A stretch of 6,374 nt of DNA from Candidatus Heimdallarchaeota archaeon (GTDB taxonomy: Archaea; Asgardarchaeota; Heimdallarchaeia; Heimdallarchaeales; Heimdallarchaeaceae), in the NCBI GenBank assembly GCA_030668875.1, contig DAOVER010000097.1, positions 1 through 6,374 of the forward strand. Reading direction: 5' to 3'. The position numbers and the translations under genes were made by a program. This document shows positions 5,973-6,374 of this stretch, one piece after another (position 1 is the first letter of the stretch; each line of letters opens with the position of its first letter). The notes beneath the pieces are model-generated. The model saw nothing but the letters and a program-made list of their open reading frames with translations, did no database searches and was not told where the DNA came from.

Positions 5973-6374
5973 TTATGAATTGAATTTAGATTTTAACATT
6001 TCTCCAAATGCTTTAGCTTGTGCAAGTTCCTCTTCTGTTGGGTGTCCTTCATTATCCATTATTTTACCCATCATGCGTAAGGCTCCTTTGCAATAGAAAC
6101 GATCATCGAGAATAGTCACCTTATTTTCTGCATTAATTAGACTCTCCATCGTCTCAAAAACCATTTCTTTAATCAATTTAGGATTGGTTTCTTGTGTGCT
6201 AGGAATTACTTCATCAGGTCATGCACTTGTGAAAAAGAGTGTAACTTTTTTATCTTCAATTATCTTTTTGCTGAATTTTGTTAACCATCTTTTACTTTTA
6301 CCTCTGATTTTGAACATCATTGACCATGTACCTAGAACTAGTAAATCATAATTCTCAATATTCTGTGGAATATT
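5973..6374 (-). CDS. Flavodoxin-like protein, 5' end outside the window, with one in-frame TGA (pseudogene, sequence error or recoding)
   Basis: Frame starting at 6374 reads NIPQNIENYDLLVLGTWSMMFKIRGKSKRWLTKFSKKIIEDKKVTLFFTSA*PDEVIPST...RFYCKGALRMMGKIMDNEGHPTEEELAQAKAFGEML. YDLLVLG, KKVTLFFTS, FYCKG and PTEEELAQAKAFG are flavodoxin-fold hallmarks. The TGA is at 6221-6219. The 67-aa ORF in the track is only the C-terminal half. Confidence 0.8.

Overview
AT-rich window with archaeal signals (GGTGA-type SD motifs, TATA/BRE-like boxes, C-terminally anchored secreted proteins); an Asgard (Heimdallarchaeia-like) origin is my inference. All credible genes are on the minus strand. From right to left: (i) a flavodoxin-like gene, cut by the window edge, interrupted by one in-frame TGA; (ii) two tandem paralogous family-5 (OppA/DppA-type) ABC solute-binding proteins that appear circularly permuted, each with an N-terminal signal peptide and a C-terminal hydrophobic+basic anchor, each in a ~2 kb unit bounded by three copies of a 15-bp direct repeat, with a duplicated, well-conserved promoter region; (iii) a tightly coupled three-gene operon: internally duplicated DUF3467-like protein, small putative antitoxin, PIN/VapC nuclease; (iv) at the left edge a ~160 nt 50% GC island with several hairpins and loop-loop complementarity, a candidate structured ncRNA I cannot assign to a family. 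No CRISPR array, tRNA, recognisable rRNA or transposase was seen.
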